DNA of 64,000 nt from Candidatus Kapaibacterium sp. (GCA_016788785.1 JAEUSM010000011.1:17200-81199); one strand, 5' to 3'; shown: positions 47,378 to 57,232, numbered from the stretch's first letter. Made by a program: numbers and translations. Notes: generated by a model from the letters alone, not told the origin.

Positions 47378-49564
47378 TTGAAAAAGAATGTATCGGCAAT
47401 ACTTCTTATATTAGTACCTATACTTGTGGCAGGAATTGTGCTTTGGCCAACATTCCGTGCATCACAATTGGAAGGTATTGAAAAAGAATATATTGCAGCT
47501 GCTGAACAAGCAAAACGTTCTGCTAAAGATTCTATCCAAGCATTATTTGCATATGATTCTGTTATGGCAGTATTCAACAAAGAATACGGCGAAGCATATC
47601 GTAGTGCAAAAAACAATAGAATCAAATTAGGTCTTGATTTACGGGGCGGTATGTATGTCACATTAGAGCTTGACATTGCAAAACTTATTGAAGAATCTGC
47701 TATGCGTGATGCTGTTGATGATGTCTTCAAGCAAGTCATTGACTCTACCAAAGCCCAAGCGAAAGTTTCTGATACGGAAGTTTTAGAAATCTTTTTAGCA
47801 AACTTTACTAAATATGCTCGTCCAAAAGGAAAAACGTTAATTTCGTATTTTACTGTCGGTGATGTCAAAGATTTGACCGAAGAAAAAATAATTGAGAAAT
47901 TAAAAGCTAATTCTGACGAAGCAATCAACCAAGCTCAAGAAGTTATTCGTCAACGTATTGACAAATACGGGGTTACTGAGCCTACCTTGAACAAACAAGG
48001 TACCAGACGTATTGTCTTGGAACTTCCAGGCGTTACTGATGAAGCGGAAATGCGTCAACTTCTTCAAACTACTGCTCGTTTGGAGTTCAAACTTATACGT
48101 AATACGCAAGAACTTGTTCAAGCATTTTATAGAATTGATGCATATCTTTCTAAACGCGACACCGTAGAGAAAAAAGATTTATCTGCTCAGATTACTGATG
48201 CGATGAAAAAAGATTCTTCAGGTGTAGCAAAAGCTGACTCTACTGCAGTTTCTAAAGCAAAACCTGCTAAAACTGATTCTACTGCAATTGCCTCAAAAGA
48301 TTCTACAAAAACTGATTCTACAAAAAAATCCGATACTTCTTCTAAAACTGCTTCTGCTGCGTCTGACACCTCAGATCCGTATGCTGGTTTGAGCGATGAA
48401 GAAAAAGGAAAACGTTACCAAAAAGATCATCCTTTCACAACGTTGTTCTTATCGTATTTTATCAACAAAGAACAATATGTTCCTATTGGATATGTAAAAG
48501 ATCAATTCCCTGAAGGCGAATATTTCTTCCAAATTCCTGAGGAAAGCATCGAAAAAATCGAACGTATTCTTGCTCGTTCTGATGTTAAGCGATTAATGCC
48601 AGCTGATTTATCAGTTGCTATTGGTGCAAAATCAGACGCTCGTATTGAAAAACGTGAAGGTGTGAAAATATTTGAACTTTTTGGTGTTAAAAGCGACCCA
48701 GAATTAACTGGTGAAGCAGTTTCTGATGCTCGTGCAACGTTTGACCCTACTTCAAATCAACCTATCGTAATGATGGAAATGAATGATGATGGTCGTGAAC
48801 GTTGGGCAAGAATTACTGGTGCGAACATCAAAAAACGTATTGGTATTGTTCTTGACGAACGCGTTTATTCGGCTCCAACTGTTCAAAACAAAATTACAGG
48901 TGGTTCATCACAAATTACAGGTATGGCAGATATCAATGAAGCAAGACTTTTGGAAATCGTTTTAAAAGCTGGTTCTTTAAAAGCTCCTGTTCAAATTATA
49001 GAAGAACGTGTTGTTGGTCCATCATTAGGTGAAGACTCTATTCGTTCTGGTATCACTTCATTCATTATTGCAATTTCGTTAGTTATCTTGTTTATGATCA
49101 TTTATTATGCTCACTCAGGAGCTATTGCGGATTTGGCAGTTGCAATTAACGTCTTGCTTATCATATCTGCACTTTCTGCGTTCCAAGGAACACTCTCACT
49201 ACCGGGTATTGCTGGTATTATTCTTACCATTGGTATGGCGGTTGATGCGAATATTCTTGTATTTGAGCGTATTCGTGAGGAGTTATATCGTGGTCGTTCA
49301 ATGAGAGCCGCAATCGACGAAGGGTTTTCAAAAGCTCTTTCTGCGATATTGGACTCGAATATCACTACCTTTATGACTGGTATGATTCTTTATTTCTTTG
49401 GTTCAGGTCCTATACAAGGGTTTGCAATTACTCTTATGATAGGTATCGTTACCACTCTCTTTACAGCATTAACAGTTTCTCGTGCTTTGATCAATCTTTC
49501 TATCGGAGATTCTTCTTCAACTAGATTTAGTTTTGGTCAAGTTAAACACATTACATCTAATTGA
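47378..49564 (+). CDS. secD: protein translocase subunit SecD
   Basis: 728 aa. N-terminal TM helix, large periplasmic domain (GLDLRGG), six C-terminal TM helices. Contains an unusual Ser/Thr/Asp/Lys-rich low-complexity insert (res ~268-335). Confidence 0.85.
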   Translation: MKKNVSAILLILVPILVAGIVLWPTFRASQLEGIEKEYIAAAEQAKRSAKDSIQALFAYDSVMAVFNKEYGEAYRSAKNNRIKLGLDLRGGMYVTLELDIAKLIEESAMRDAVDDVFKQVIDSTKAQAKVSDTEVLEIFLANFTKYARPKGKTLISYFTVGDVKDLTEEKIIEKLKANSDEAINQAQEVIRQRIDKYGVTEPTLNKQGTRRIVLELPGVTDEAEMRQLLQTTARLEFKLIRNTQELVQAFYRIDAYLSKRDTVEKKDLSAQITDAMKKDSSGVAKADSTAVSKAKPAKTDSTAIASKDSTKTDSTKKSDTSSKTASAASDTSDPYAGLSDEEKGKRYQKDHPFTTLFLSYFINKEQYVPIGYVKDQFPEGEYFFQIPEESIEKIERILARSDVKRLMPADLSVAIGAKSDARIEKREGVKIFELFGVKSDPELTGEAVSDARATFDPTSNQPIVMMEMNDDGRERWARITGANIKKRIGIVLDERVYSAPTVQNKITGGSSQITGMADINEARLLEIVLKAGSLKAPVQIIEERVVGPSLGEDSIRSGITSFIIAISLVILFMIIYYAHSGAIADLAVAINVLLIISALSAFQGTLSLPGIAGIILTIGMAVDANILVFERIREELYRGRSMRAAIDEGFSKALSAILDSNITTFMTGMILYFFGSGPIQGFAITLMIGIVTTLFTALTVSRALINLSIGDSSSTRFSFGQVKHITSN

Positions 49565-49579
49565 AAGGAGATTATGTAA

Positions 49580-50533
49580 ATGGAATTTTTTCATGGCACA
49601 AAAATAGATTTTCTTTCTAAACGAAAAGCATTCTTTTTATCATCTGCATTTATTTTCGTTTTTGGTATTATTGCAATTTTCGTAATTGGTCCTAAATTCG
49701 GAATTGACTTTATTGGCGGAACGGAAATGGCAGTTCGCTTTTCTCCTGTTCAATCAATTGAGTCTGTACGTTCTACAATTGATAAGGCAGGGTTTATAGG
49801 TTCAGAAATTAAATCATACGGAACAAGTGACGAATTTTTGATTCGTTTGAATGATGGTGGTGATAAAGCTGTTTCCACTAAAGTTACAGAGTCGCTCAAA
49901 AAAGCCTATCCAAATACCACTGTTACTGTTTTGAAACTTGACAGAATTGGTCCAAAAGTAGGTGATGAACTTCGTATACAAGCCTCTATTGCGGTTGTAT
50001 TAGCTGTTATTTCAATTATGCTTTATATTGCATTCCGTTTTGAATTCATTTACGGTATAGGTGCGATAGTAGCGTTGATTCATGACGTAGTATTTGCTAT
50101 CATTGCAATTGTCATCGTACAAAAACTTGGTATTATCAATTTGGAAATTAACCAAGCATCACTCGCAGCAATTTTAACGGTATTGGGATATTCTATCAAT
50201 GATACGGTGATTGTATTTGACCGTATTCGCGAGAATAAAGAATTACACAAAGGTATGAAATTAGTTCCGTTGATTAATTTATCTATTAACGAAACACTTT
50301 CTCGTACGTTAAACACTGTTTTGACAGTTGTTGTTGTATTAACCACAATGACCATTCTTGGTGGTGAAGTTCTTCAAGGATTTGCCTTTACGATGTTAGT
50401 GGGTATTCTTATCGGAACATATTCTTCTATCTACATTGCGTCTGCTACAGTCGTTTGGTATTTAGAAAAAGTTCGCAAAGTACCTGTTGATATTCCAGCT
50501 TCTGAAATTGACAAAAAATTGCAAAATGCCTAA
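49580..50533 (+). CDS. secF: protein translocase subunit SecF
   Basis: 317 aa. GIDFIGGT motif and six TM helices; 15 bp after secD. Confidence 0.85.
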   Translation: MEFFHGTKIDFLSKRKAFFLSSAFIFVFGIIAIFVIGPKFGIDFIGGTEMAVRFSPVQSIESVRSTIDKAGFIGSEIKSYGTSDEFLIRLNDGGDKAVSTKVTESLKKAYPNTTVTVLKLDRIGPKVGDELRIQASIAVVLAVISIMLYIAFRFEFIYGIGAIVALIHDVVFAIIAIVIVQKLGIINLEINQASLAAILTVLGYSINDTVIVFDRIRENKELHKGMKLVPLINLSINETLSRTLNTVLTVVVVLTTMTILGGEVLQGFAFTMLVGILIGTYSSIYIASATVVWYLEKVRKVPVDIPASEIDKKLQNA

Positions 50534-50551
50534 TGTATTGCAAAATAGAAA

Positions 50552-50584
50552 AAGCCTATCAATCTTGATAGGCTTTTTTTTTGT
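50552..50584 (+). terminator. intrinsic terminator after secF
   Basis: aaaagcctatcaatcttgataggctttttttttg. Confidence 0.7.
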
Positions 50585-50600
50585 ATCTTTGTGACGTGAT

Positions 50601-51161
50601 TTGTTTCTTTTTTACAACATCTTTATGTCGCCACAATCATTCGTTGAACTGCTCCATAAAAATTATTTGTTGTTTGATCAGCATTTCAAACTACTTAGTA
50701 ATGACCAAATCCAAAAGAAACTAAACCCCGGTGTTTGGTCAATAGCTGAAAATATTGAGCATATTATTAAGGTTAATGCAAGTTACTTTCCTGTCTTTGC
50801 TGCAATTGCTGAAGGAACCTACGTTCGACCCTTTGTGAGTAGATTACCGATGGTTACAAAAAAATTTGGAACGATGATTCTCAAAGCAGTTTCAAGAAAT
50901 AGAGAAAAAAAGATGAAAACGTTTCCACTTTGGGAACCGTCACAATCAAATTTTCAAGAGCCTTTGTCCTATTTGTTGGAAAATCACCAAACGATTGGAA
51001 CCTTAGCCTTGGGAATTACACCACAAATTCAAAGTGGTGTTGTTATCGCCTCACCTGCGTCGAAAATGATTGTCTATTCTGTTGATGATGCTTTGACTAT
51101 TATTATTGAGCACGAACTTCGTCATTTGGAACAGGCGAAAGAACTTCTTCTACAACTGTAG
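50601..51161 (+). CDS. DinB/YfiT-like (DinB_2) family protein
   Basis: N-terminal W..AENIEHI pattern with conserved His residues; 186 aa. Confidence 0.55.
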   Translation: MFLFYNIFMSPQSFVELLHKNYLLFDQHFKLLSNDQIQKKLNPGVWSIAENIEHIIKVNASYFPVFAAIAEGTYVRPFVSRLPMVTKKFGTMILKAVSRNREKKMKTFPLWEPSQSNFQEPLSYLLENHQTIGTLALGITPQIQSGVVIASPASKMIVYSVDDALTIIIEHELRHLEQAKELLLQL

Positions 51162-52521
51162 TTATTGGTACACTTACTTTGAATGTAGAGCCTACTCCGA
51201 CTGTTGAAGTACACGATATTGTACCACCCAATAGCTCTATCATCTTTTTTACAATGGAAAGACCTAACCCTGTAGAATGCTCAGAGCCTGTTGGTCGGGC
51301 AGTTAATTTTGCGAATTTTTTGTACAGTTGTTTTTGATCTTCTTCCGAAATTCCTTGTCCTTGATCTGTAACTGCAATGGAACAATGCAAATTGCTATAC
51401 GACAATGCAATGGTAATTTCCGAATCTGGATACGAATATTTCACTGCATTTGAGACAAGATTGTCGATTATCTCATTCAATGCATTCGGGTCAGAGTAAA
51501 TCTGTTTGGTATTTCCATCCGAAGTAACAGTCAATTTCATAGATTTTGACGTTGCATACGAATGTTGCTCTTTACACACCCTTTCGATGCATTCCATTGG
51601 ATTCATCCATTGCTTTTCAAATCGAATGGCACCTGTTTCTATCGCATTGATATCTAAAAGATTCGTAATAATGGAAAACATTCTATCACTGGTTGTGTAG
51701 ATTGTTGATGCCATGGTTGTGATAGTTTCTGTATCCATTTCTTGTGGTGTAGTTAATAGCTCTGACAACCCTTTGATACCAGAAAGTGGGCTTTTCAAAT
51801 CATGTGCAACTATCCCCAAAAACTCATTTTTTTCCATATTGAGCATCTGAAGTTCATCATTACGTTCTGTAAGTGTGGAATTGAGCAATTTCACTTCTTC
51901 CAACGAGTCTTGCAACGATTCATTCGCTTCGGTCAATTCTCCCGCTTTTTCGAGCAATTGCTCTTGTAATTGCAATAGCGATTCACGATTGTTATTGACA
52001 ATCACAGAAAAGACCACACCAATCAAACTCGCCGAAGCAACTGTCAGAAACGGCATAAATATTTCGCTTGTGAGTGGTTGATTGCTTAGCAAGAGTGAAA
52101 AACCAACGTGATGAACAAAATTGAGAAACATTGCTATTTTCGCATGAACAGCTCGTAAAAATGCCAATGACGCTCCAAAAATCGCAATCAAATCTATTGT
52201 TACGAAAAGATAATGATTTTGGGCTTCTGCAACAATATAAGTGATGGAGGTCATCGCAAACATTGCTGTAAATATCATAAAAACGTCAGTATATTTACGT
52301 AGTGATGGTCGCAACCACAGGACAATTAGCAAAACAGCCGATAATGCACTCGAAAGTAAACGAGGAATGAGATTATCTGCAGGAATATTGGGGACAAATC
52401 CTATAATCCAGTGAAAAGCAGGATTAAGAAAAATTACAATGATTGAAACAGCAACAAAGAATGTAAATCCATTATTCTCCAACCATTGCTGACGAAACAA
52501 CTTTTTTGACGTTTTATCCAT
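51103..52521 (-). CDS. membrane sensor histidine kinase
   Basis: About six N-terminal TM helices, a coiled-coil, an H-box (IVAHDLKSPLSGI), and N/G1/G2 ATP-binding boxes (NAVKYS, DQGQGIS, GLGLSIV). 59-bp convergent overlap with the DinB-like gene. Confidence 0.8.
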   Translation of the reverse strand: MDKTSKKLFRQQWLENNGFTFFVAVSIIVIFLNPAFHWIIGFVPNIPADNLIPRLLSSALSAVLLIVLWLRPSLRKYTDVFMIFTAMFAMTSITYIVAEAQNHYLFVTIDLIAIFGASLAFLRAVHAKIAMFLNFVHHVGFSLLLSNQPLTSEIFMPFLTVASASLIGVVFSVIVNNNRESLLQLQEQLLEKAGELTEANESLQDSLEEVKLLNSTLTERNDELQMLNMEKNEFLGIVAHDLKSPLSGIKGLSELLTTPQEMDTETITTMASTIYTTSDRMFSIITNLLDINAIETGAIRFEKQWMNPMECIERVCKEQHSYATSKSMKLTVTSDGNTKQIYSDPNALNEIIDNLVSNAVKYSYPDSEITIALSYSNLHCSIAVTDQGQGISEEDQKQLYKKFAKLTARPTGSEHSTGLGLSIVKKMIELLGGTISCTSTVGVGSTFKVSVPITTVVEEVLSPVPNDEVRAQ

Positions 52522-52567
52522 TGTTTTGTAGACGATACCATCAAAAAATAGTTTTTAAGAAAGAATG

Positions 52568-52681
52568 GCTGAATCAGGATTTGTAGGATTTTAGGATTTT
52601 CAGGATTTCTTTCTTATCCTGCTAATCTTATAATCCTGCAAATCCTGATTCAGACAAAAAGTAAATCCTGATTCAGACAAA
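52568..52681. repeat. palindromic repeat element, family 2 (ctgaatcaggatttg.aggatt ... aatcctgcaaatcctgattcagacaaa, x2 tail)
   Basis: Long imperfect inverted repeat whose 3' tail carries two copies of aaatcctgattcagacaaa. A homologous but larger element lies at 55347..55565. Confidence 0.85.
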
Positions 52682-52684
52682 TAA

Positions 52685-53683
52685 CTACCTCTGTATCGAA
52701 AGCGGAACAGTTTCGAGTGTTTTGGTACCATTACCGACTACCACATAGTACATTCCATTCGCCAAATCCGATACGCGGAAGGTAACAGAGGATTGGTGCG
52801 TGTTTTGTGTTGTTTTTTGGTACAATGTGCGTAATACATTCCCTTTTACATCCACTAATTGTATAGTCGATGCTTCAGGAGATGACTCAAATTCCACTGT
52901 TGCCATTTCCGTACTTGGATTCGGAGTAACATTCACATTGGTTTTACTTGGTTGGTTGTCTCCAGTGGAGGTGGGAGTGTGAGTTATACGAGCAACTACA
53001 GCATAGGAGGGTTGAAAACCTAAACCAGTATATGGATACGCTAATACGCCAGTAACAGCATAATCTCCATTTTTATATGGTTGAATTGACGTCAATTTTT
53101 TATCAATCAAATCGGTAGCATATGTTAATTCTGAGAATTCTTTAGAATTCAAGTCAAATTCACATATATTGAACGAATAGTATTTTGTTCCTGCAATAAA
53201 GGAATTTGTATATCCACAAAATGCAATTTTGCTACTATCTGCTGAAAATGTTGCAGAATTAACTGCAACACCACTATCAGATACCCAAACATCGTTAACC
53301 TTTCCTGATGTTGTAATTTCTGCAATAAAAGGGTACTGAAAGTTCTTTTTGACTGTTTTCCCAACAACATAGTAATTATCACCTTTCATAAACATTCTAA
53401 TTGGTGAATAATCGAGTGTTGTATCTTTCATTTGATTTGGAGAGATTGTAATAGTCGATTCATAAATTAAAGAATCGTTTGAAAGATTTACATTAAATTT
53501 ACGAATTTGAAAATCTTGATATTTACCTCTCGAAAAATGACCTTTTGGATAAATCCTTTCATTTCCAGAAAGTACCGTTACTGTATTACTTGTACTATCG
53601 AAATTACCATCTATTACTTGTTGTTCTTGTAATATAGAATCCATAACAACATCATATAGTTTTGAAATTACACCGGAAGGCAT
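52685..53683 (-). CDS. secreted protein with T9SS C-terminal sorting domain
   Basis: 332 aa; the C-terminal ~85 aa (TPNPSTEMATVEFES...GNGMYYVVVGNGTKTLETVPLSIQR) is CTD-like. Confidence 0.6.
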   Translation of the reverse strand: MPSGVISKLYDVVMDSILQEQQVIDGNFDSTSNTVTVLSGNERIYPKGHFSRGKYQDFQIRKFNVNLSNDSLIYESTITISPNQMKDTTLDYSPIRMFMKGDNYYVVGKTVKKNFQYPFIAEITTSGKVNDVWVSDSGVAVNSATFSADSSKIAFCGYTNSFIAGTKYYSFNICEFDLNSKEFSELTYATDLIDKKLTSIQPYKNGDYAVTGVLAYPYTGLGFQPSYAVVARITHTPTSTGDNQPSKTNVNVTPNPSTEMATVEFESSPEASTIQLVDVKGNVLRTLYQKTTQNTHQSSVTFRVSDLANGMYYVVVGNGTKTLETVPLSIQR

Positions 53684-53739
53684 AATCTGAAGAATTTTGC
53701 CTTGATTTAACTTCCATGTATCACCAAAACAAAGGTACG

Positions 53740-54273
53740 TTAACCGTCTATAGGAACAAAAGGTTTAGGGCTTGACATAAAATCGTTAAGATTATTAGTA
53801 GGAAATTTAGATACTAAAGGAGCATCTTGAGTGTCTACAAAATCAGTTGAGTTCATAAGTACAAGCGTATTGTCATTATTGCTTGTTGATAAAATCTCAC
53901 TAAAACGAATAGCATTAACTGTTGGAAGAGGAGTAAATACTACATGTTTCTCTTTTATGGAAACACTTCTTTTAAATGTTTCGTCCTTATAGGGTGCAAA
54001 AGGATATTGATGAAGATGGTAATCTAAATTTCCTGCAGAGTTTACTTTAAGTATTGATTTTATATAGAGACTATTAAATAGATAAATGAATCCATTTTCA
54101 TTCTTATCCAAAAACAATCTCACCGGCTGAACAAATTTGGCAACTGAAGTATCACCTTCAATAATGTTTTCCCATTTAATAGATAGGTTTTGAGAAAACA
54201 ACAAATTCGTTGTGAGAAAAAATACTATAAATAAGAATATTTTCATGTTATTCCCATGGACAAGAAGTTTCAC
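53740..54273 (-). CDS. secreted hypothetical protein
   Basis: Signal peptide; 177 aa. Confidence 0.4.
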   Translation of the reverse strand: MKLLVHGNNMKIFLFIVFFLTTNLLFSQNLSIKWENIIEGDTSVAKFVQPVRLFLDKNENGFIYLFNSLYIKSILKVNSAGNLDYHLHQYPFAPYKDETFKRSVSIKEKHVVFTPLPTVNAIRFSEILSTSNNDNTLVLMNSTDFVDTQDAPLVSKFPTNNLNDFMSSPKPFVPIDG

Positions 54274-55204
54274 AATCAGCAGAAAAAGGGATTAGAATAT
54301 ATCCTATTGATGTCAAATTTAAATATACACATACCGTTGGATTAGTATAATCACATTGCTCATTAACCACTACAAAATTTTCACTACTAACTAAAACCAA
54401 TTGACCTGTAATTGGATCAATACAAAATTTGTTTTGGGTTTGACAACAAGAAGCAACATCACAATCTAAATACTGGACTCTAATAAAGCTATTTGGATTA
54501 AAACCAAATGGAGGAAGAGTTAATCTATATTGATTGTCCGTACTATCTGTTGTAGTATTTTTAGAAAAACTTGTAGGCCAAGGTTTATAATAATATGCAT
54601 AACAGAATTTATGACAATGACCTTGAATGAACGAATGACTTATAATAGTGGTTTGATTTGGATTCCCGGTACAATAAAATTGTGCTTTATAAGAAGGAAT
54701 ATATGTAATTAGAATTCTATTCAGATATTCTTGCTGCATTTTGCTAGTAAGAGCTATCCACATTCGTCTCATAAAAAATTCATCAGGTGGATTATTTGTT
54801 CCAAATGGATACAAACTATCTCTAAAAGTTGGACAATTATCAACAATAAAGTCCATATATAAAATGCGTGTTTCATAATTTTCCAAACCTTCACAAATTG
54901 TTTTTTCAAATGTAATAAATGCAAAACAATTTGGGAACCCAGGAATTTCAACTGTAATTGTATCTGTTGTATTTGTACCATCGCAACCACAATATTCAGG
55001 TGGTTGAGCAAATGAAATACTATAGTTAACTAAAACTACAGTAAAGAAAACAATCAAGAAAGTACAAATTTTGTGTACTTTCAATTTAGAAACTATTGTT
55101 AAAACACGATTCCAGCCTTGTTGCAAGAAACTCGGGGGGGGGTAATGAGCGAATTCATCTCCACATCTCCTGAAAATATGTATAAAAATAGTAGGTATAA
55201 GCAC
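54248..55204 (-). CDS. Cys-rich secreted hypothetical protein
   Basis: 318 aa with many Cys. The true start is probably internal, just before the signal-like KLKVHKICTFLIVFFTVVLV. A run of nine G at 55134..55142 lies in the annotated 5' region. Confidence 0.4.
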   Translation of the reverse strand: MLIPTIFIHIFRRCGDEFAHYPPPSFLQQGWNRVLTIVSKLKVHKICTFLIVFFTVVLVNYSISFAQPPEYCGCDGTNTTDTITVEIPGFPNCFAFITFEKTICEGLENYETRILYMDFIVDNCPTFRDSLYPFGTNNPPDEFFMRRMWIALTSKMQQEYLNRILITYIPSYKAQFYCTGNPNQTTIISHSFIQGHCHKFCYAYYYKPWPTSFSKNTTTDSTDNQYRLTLPPFGFNPNSFIRVQYLDCDVASCCQTQNKFCIDPITGQLVLVSSENFVVVNEQCDYTNPTVCVYLNLTSIGYILIPFSADCETSCPWE

Positions 55205-55346
55205 CTAACTAATTGCTAATTACAAAAATTTTTTGAAACTTCCAAATTTTTCTTGAATTATTTTTCGTTAGGTGAAAATATTCTTGATATTGTTTTTCAA
55301 TATTGACCAAAACTAACTATTGAAAAGGATATGTTTTTCTTATCTT

Positions 55347-55565
55347 GTCTGAATCAGGATTTGCAGGATTTGAGGATTAGCAGGATACTAAAGAAAATGT
55401 CTGAATCAGGATTTGCAAGATTTGTGGATAAGTAGGATACGAAAGAAAATGTCTGAATCAGGATTTGCAGGATTTGAGGATTAGCAGGACTTCTTTCTTA
55501 TCCTGTCAATCTTTTAATCCTATAAATCCTGATTCAGACAAATGTAAATCCTGATTCAGACAAAA
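55347..55565. repeat. palindromic repeat element, family 2 (3 direct ~58-bp units + inverted arm)
   Basis: Three direct copies of tgtctgaatcaggatttgcaggatttgaggattagcaggatac... followed by the inverted arm ttatcctgtcaatcttttaatcctataaatcctgattcagacaaatgtaaatcctgattcagacaaa. Homologous to 52568..52681. Confidence 0.85.
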
Positions 55566-55567
55566 AA

Positions 55568-56110
55568 CTATTTATAGTATGCAAGGAACGACCCTTCCAG
55601 CGGTCGTGGTAAGGAACGTTTTCCTTCTGATTGTTTTACAACCATTAACGAATAGCGACCTTCGATGTAGGTTTGTGTGGATTTTGAAATGATGATTGTG
55701 CCACGTTTGTCAGCACCTTCTGAATTTCGACCACCAGCACTATCACTATAGGTTGTAAACAACATACCATTAATTTGTAGCAAACCACTCCACCGAGAGG
55801 ATGCAGTAACAACATTAGTTACGTTGTGTTCACCAACTTCCGTCGATCCGAGTTCTAATTGAAACCGTTCGTACGATTTATGAGAACCCTCTATGGTTAT
55901 AACCGAATCTGTTTTGACAGCAAAAACCGATTTGGGGTCATTATCTATGGAAGAAACACCATCAAAGACAACCAATAGCTTTGATTTGGGTTTATCCATC
56001 TCCTTATTCGTTTCTGTTGATTGCCCAACAGAATCTTTTTTTCCACAACTTGCAAGCACCATCCCTGCAAGCACCAACAAAGTCATCAAACGTCTCATCA
56101 CCGACTCCAT
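55568..56110 (-). CDS. lipoprotein, hypothetical
   Basis: Lipobox LVLAGMVLASC; 180 aa. Confidence 0.45.
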   Translation of the reverse strand: MESVMRRLMTLLVLAGMVLASCGKKDSVGQSTETNKEMDKPKSKLLVVFDGVSSIDNDPKSVFAVKTDSVITIEGSHKSYERFQLELGSTEVGEHNVTNVVTASSRWSGLLQINGMLFTTYSDSAGGRNSEGADKRGTIIISKSTQTYIEGRYSLMVVKQSEGKRSLPRPLEGSFLAYYK

Positions 56111-56152
56111 CTATGTAATAACTATAATTTCTATAGTGTACACTTTGGGATT

Positions 56153-56713
56153 TTACTTGGCGATCACATCCCAATTTTCACGTTTTACAACGAATTCACC
56201 TTTGAGTTTGTAAGATGCTACTGCCGTATCTCCTTTGCTGTTATACTTTGTAGCAATGAAATCAAACGAACCAGAAACTATGGAGTCAGTTGCTGACTCT
56301 ATGGTTAATGTTCCAGGTATTGTTCCTGTAGGTGTTCCTGATCTGACAGTGGTATAAAATACGTTATTTAAGTTTACTGTAGCTGAAGTAGTTGATGGAA
56401 AAACTTCATCGAATTTATGTGCCTTTTTCTCTAATGTTGGCAAACTCATTGAAATAAAATGATTTCCATCAATTCCCAAATAAATCAACCAACTTGAGGA
56501 AGTTTCGCTAGGATGTTTGTAATACATCATAGTAGCCTTTTTCGATTCCATTGTAACAGTTGGAGATGAAGAACTTCCATTGGTATCAACAGTAAATTTT
56601 ACCATTTCTTCTTTGGGTGCTTCTTTTACTGGTTCTTCTGCTTTGTCCTTTTTGGAACAAGAAGAGAAGGTAATAAGTCCGACAACAACAAGTACACTAA
56701 CAAACAATTTCAT
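56153..56713 (-). CDS. lipoprotein, hypothetical
   Basis: Lipobox ITFSSC; 186 aa. The C-terminal beta pattern is similar to that of its two neighbours. Confidence 0.45.
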   Translation of the reverse strand: MKLFVSVLVVVGLITFSSCSKKDKAEEPVKEAPKEEMVKFTVDTNGSSSSPTVTMESKKATMMYYKHPSETSSSWLIYLGIDGNHFISMSLPTLEKKAHKFDEVFPSTTSATVNLNNVFYTTVRSGTPTGTIPGTLTIESATDSIVSGSFDFIATKYNSKGDTAVASYKLKGEFVVKRENWDVIAK

Positions 56714-56728
56714 ACAGAACCTTTTATA

Positions 56729-57232
56729 TTAATTAATAAAACGAGCGTTAAAAACACCTTCTGTTATCATTACTGAATCACGAGAAAGTGGATTATTAGT
56801 CAGATAGGCTTTAAAGGAAAACGTCCCTTTAATATTAACAGAAGTAATTTCGGTAATGGTAATCGTTCCCGGAGAGCCCCATAATCCTGCAATAGTTGAG
56901 GAATAAACAGTATCTGTAGGGATAATATACTGCCCGGAAGTTACAGCCGTTGGAATTTGTGGAAGGAGAAAGGTGCCTACTTTGGCACTATCAATAAGGA
57001 GCATTATGGAAGTATTATCTAATGCATATCCTGTGATGGAAGTTCGTCCATCATAACGAACTGCAGTTAATGGTGAAACCAAAATTGCATTAGGCACAGA
57101 CCACGCTTTTCCATTGATTTTTGCATTCATTGTACCAATGACCACATCATTAGGATCGTTGGAATTGTTCGTTGGTGAACAAGAAAACGTAACAAAAACA
57201 GAAAAGAAAATAAGTAAGAAAACTTGACGCAT
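56729..57232 (-). CDS. lipoprotein, hypothetical
   Basis: Lipobox TFSCS; 167 aa. Confidence 0.45.
   Translation of the reverse strand: MRQVFLLIFFSVFVTFSCSPTNNSNDPNDVVIGTMNAKINGKAWSVPNAILVSPLTAVRYDGRTSITGYALDNTSIMLLIDSAKVGTFLLPQIPTAVTSGQYIIPTDTVYSSTIAGLWGSPGTITITEITSVNIKGTFSFKAYLTNNPLSRDSVMITEGVFNARFIN

Noticed and set aside
47308-47928. 206-aa minus-strand ORF overlapping the first 550 bp of secD
   Set aside because: secD is strongly supported by its motifs, and the antisense ORF has no recognisable features.
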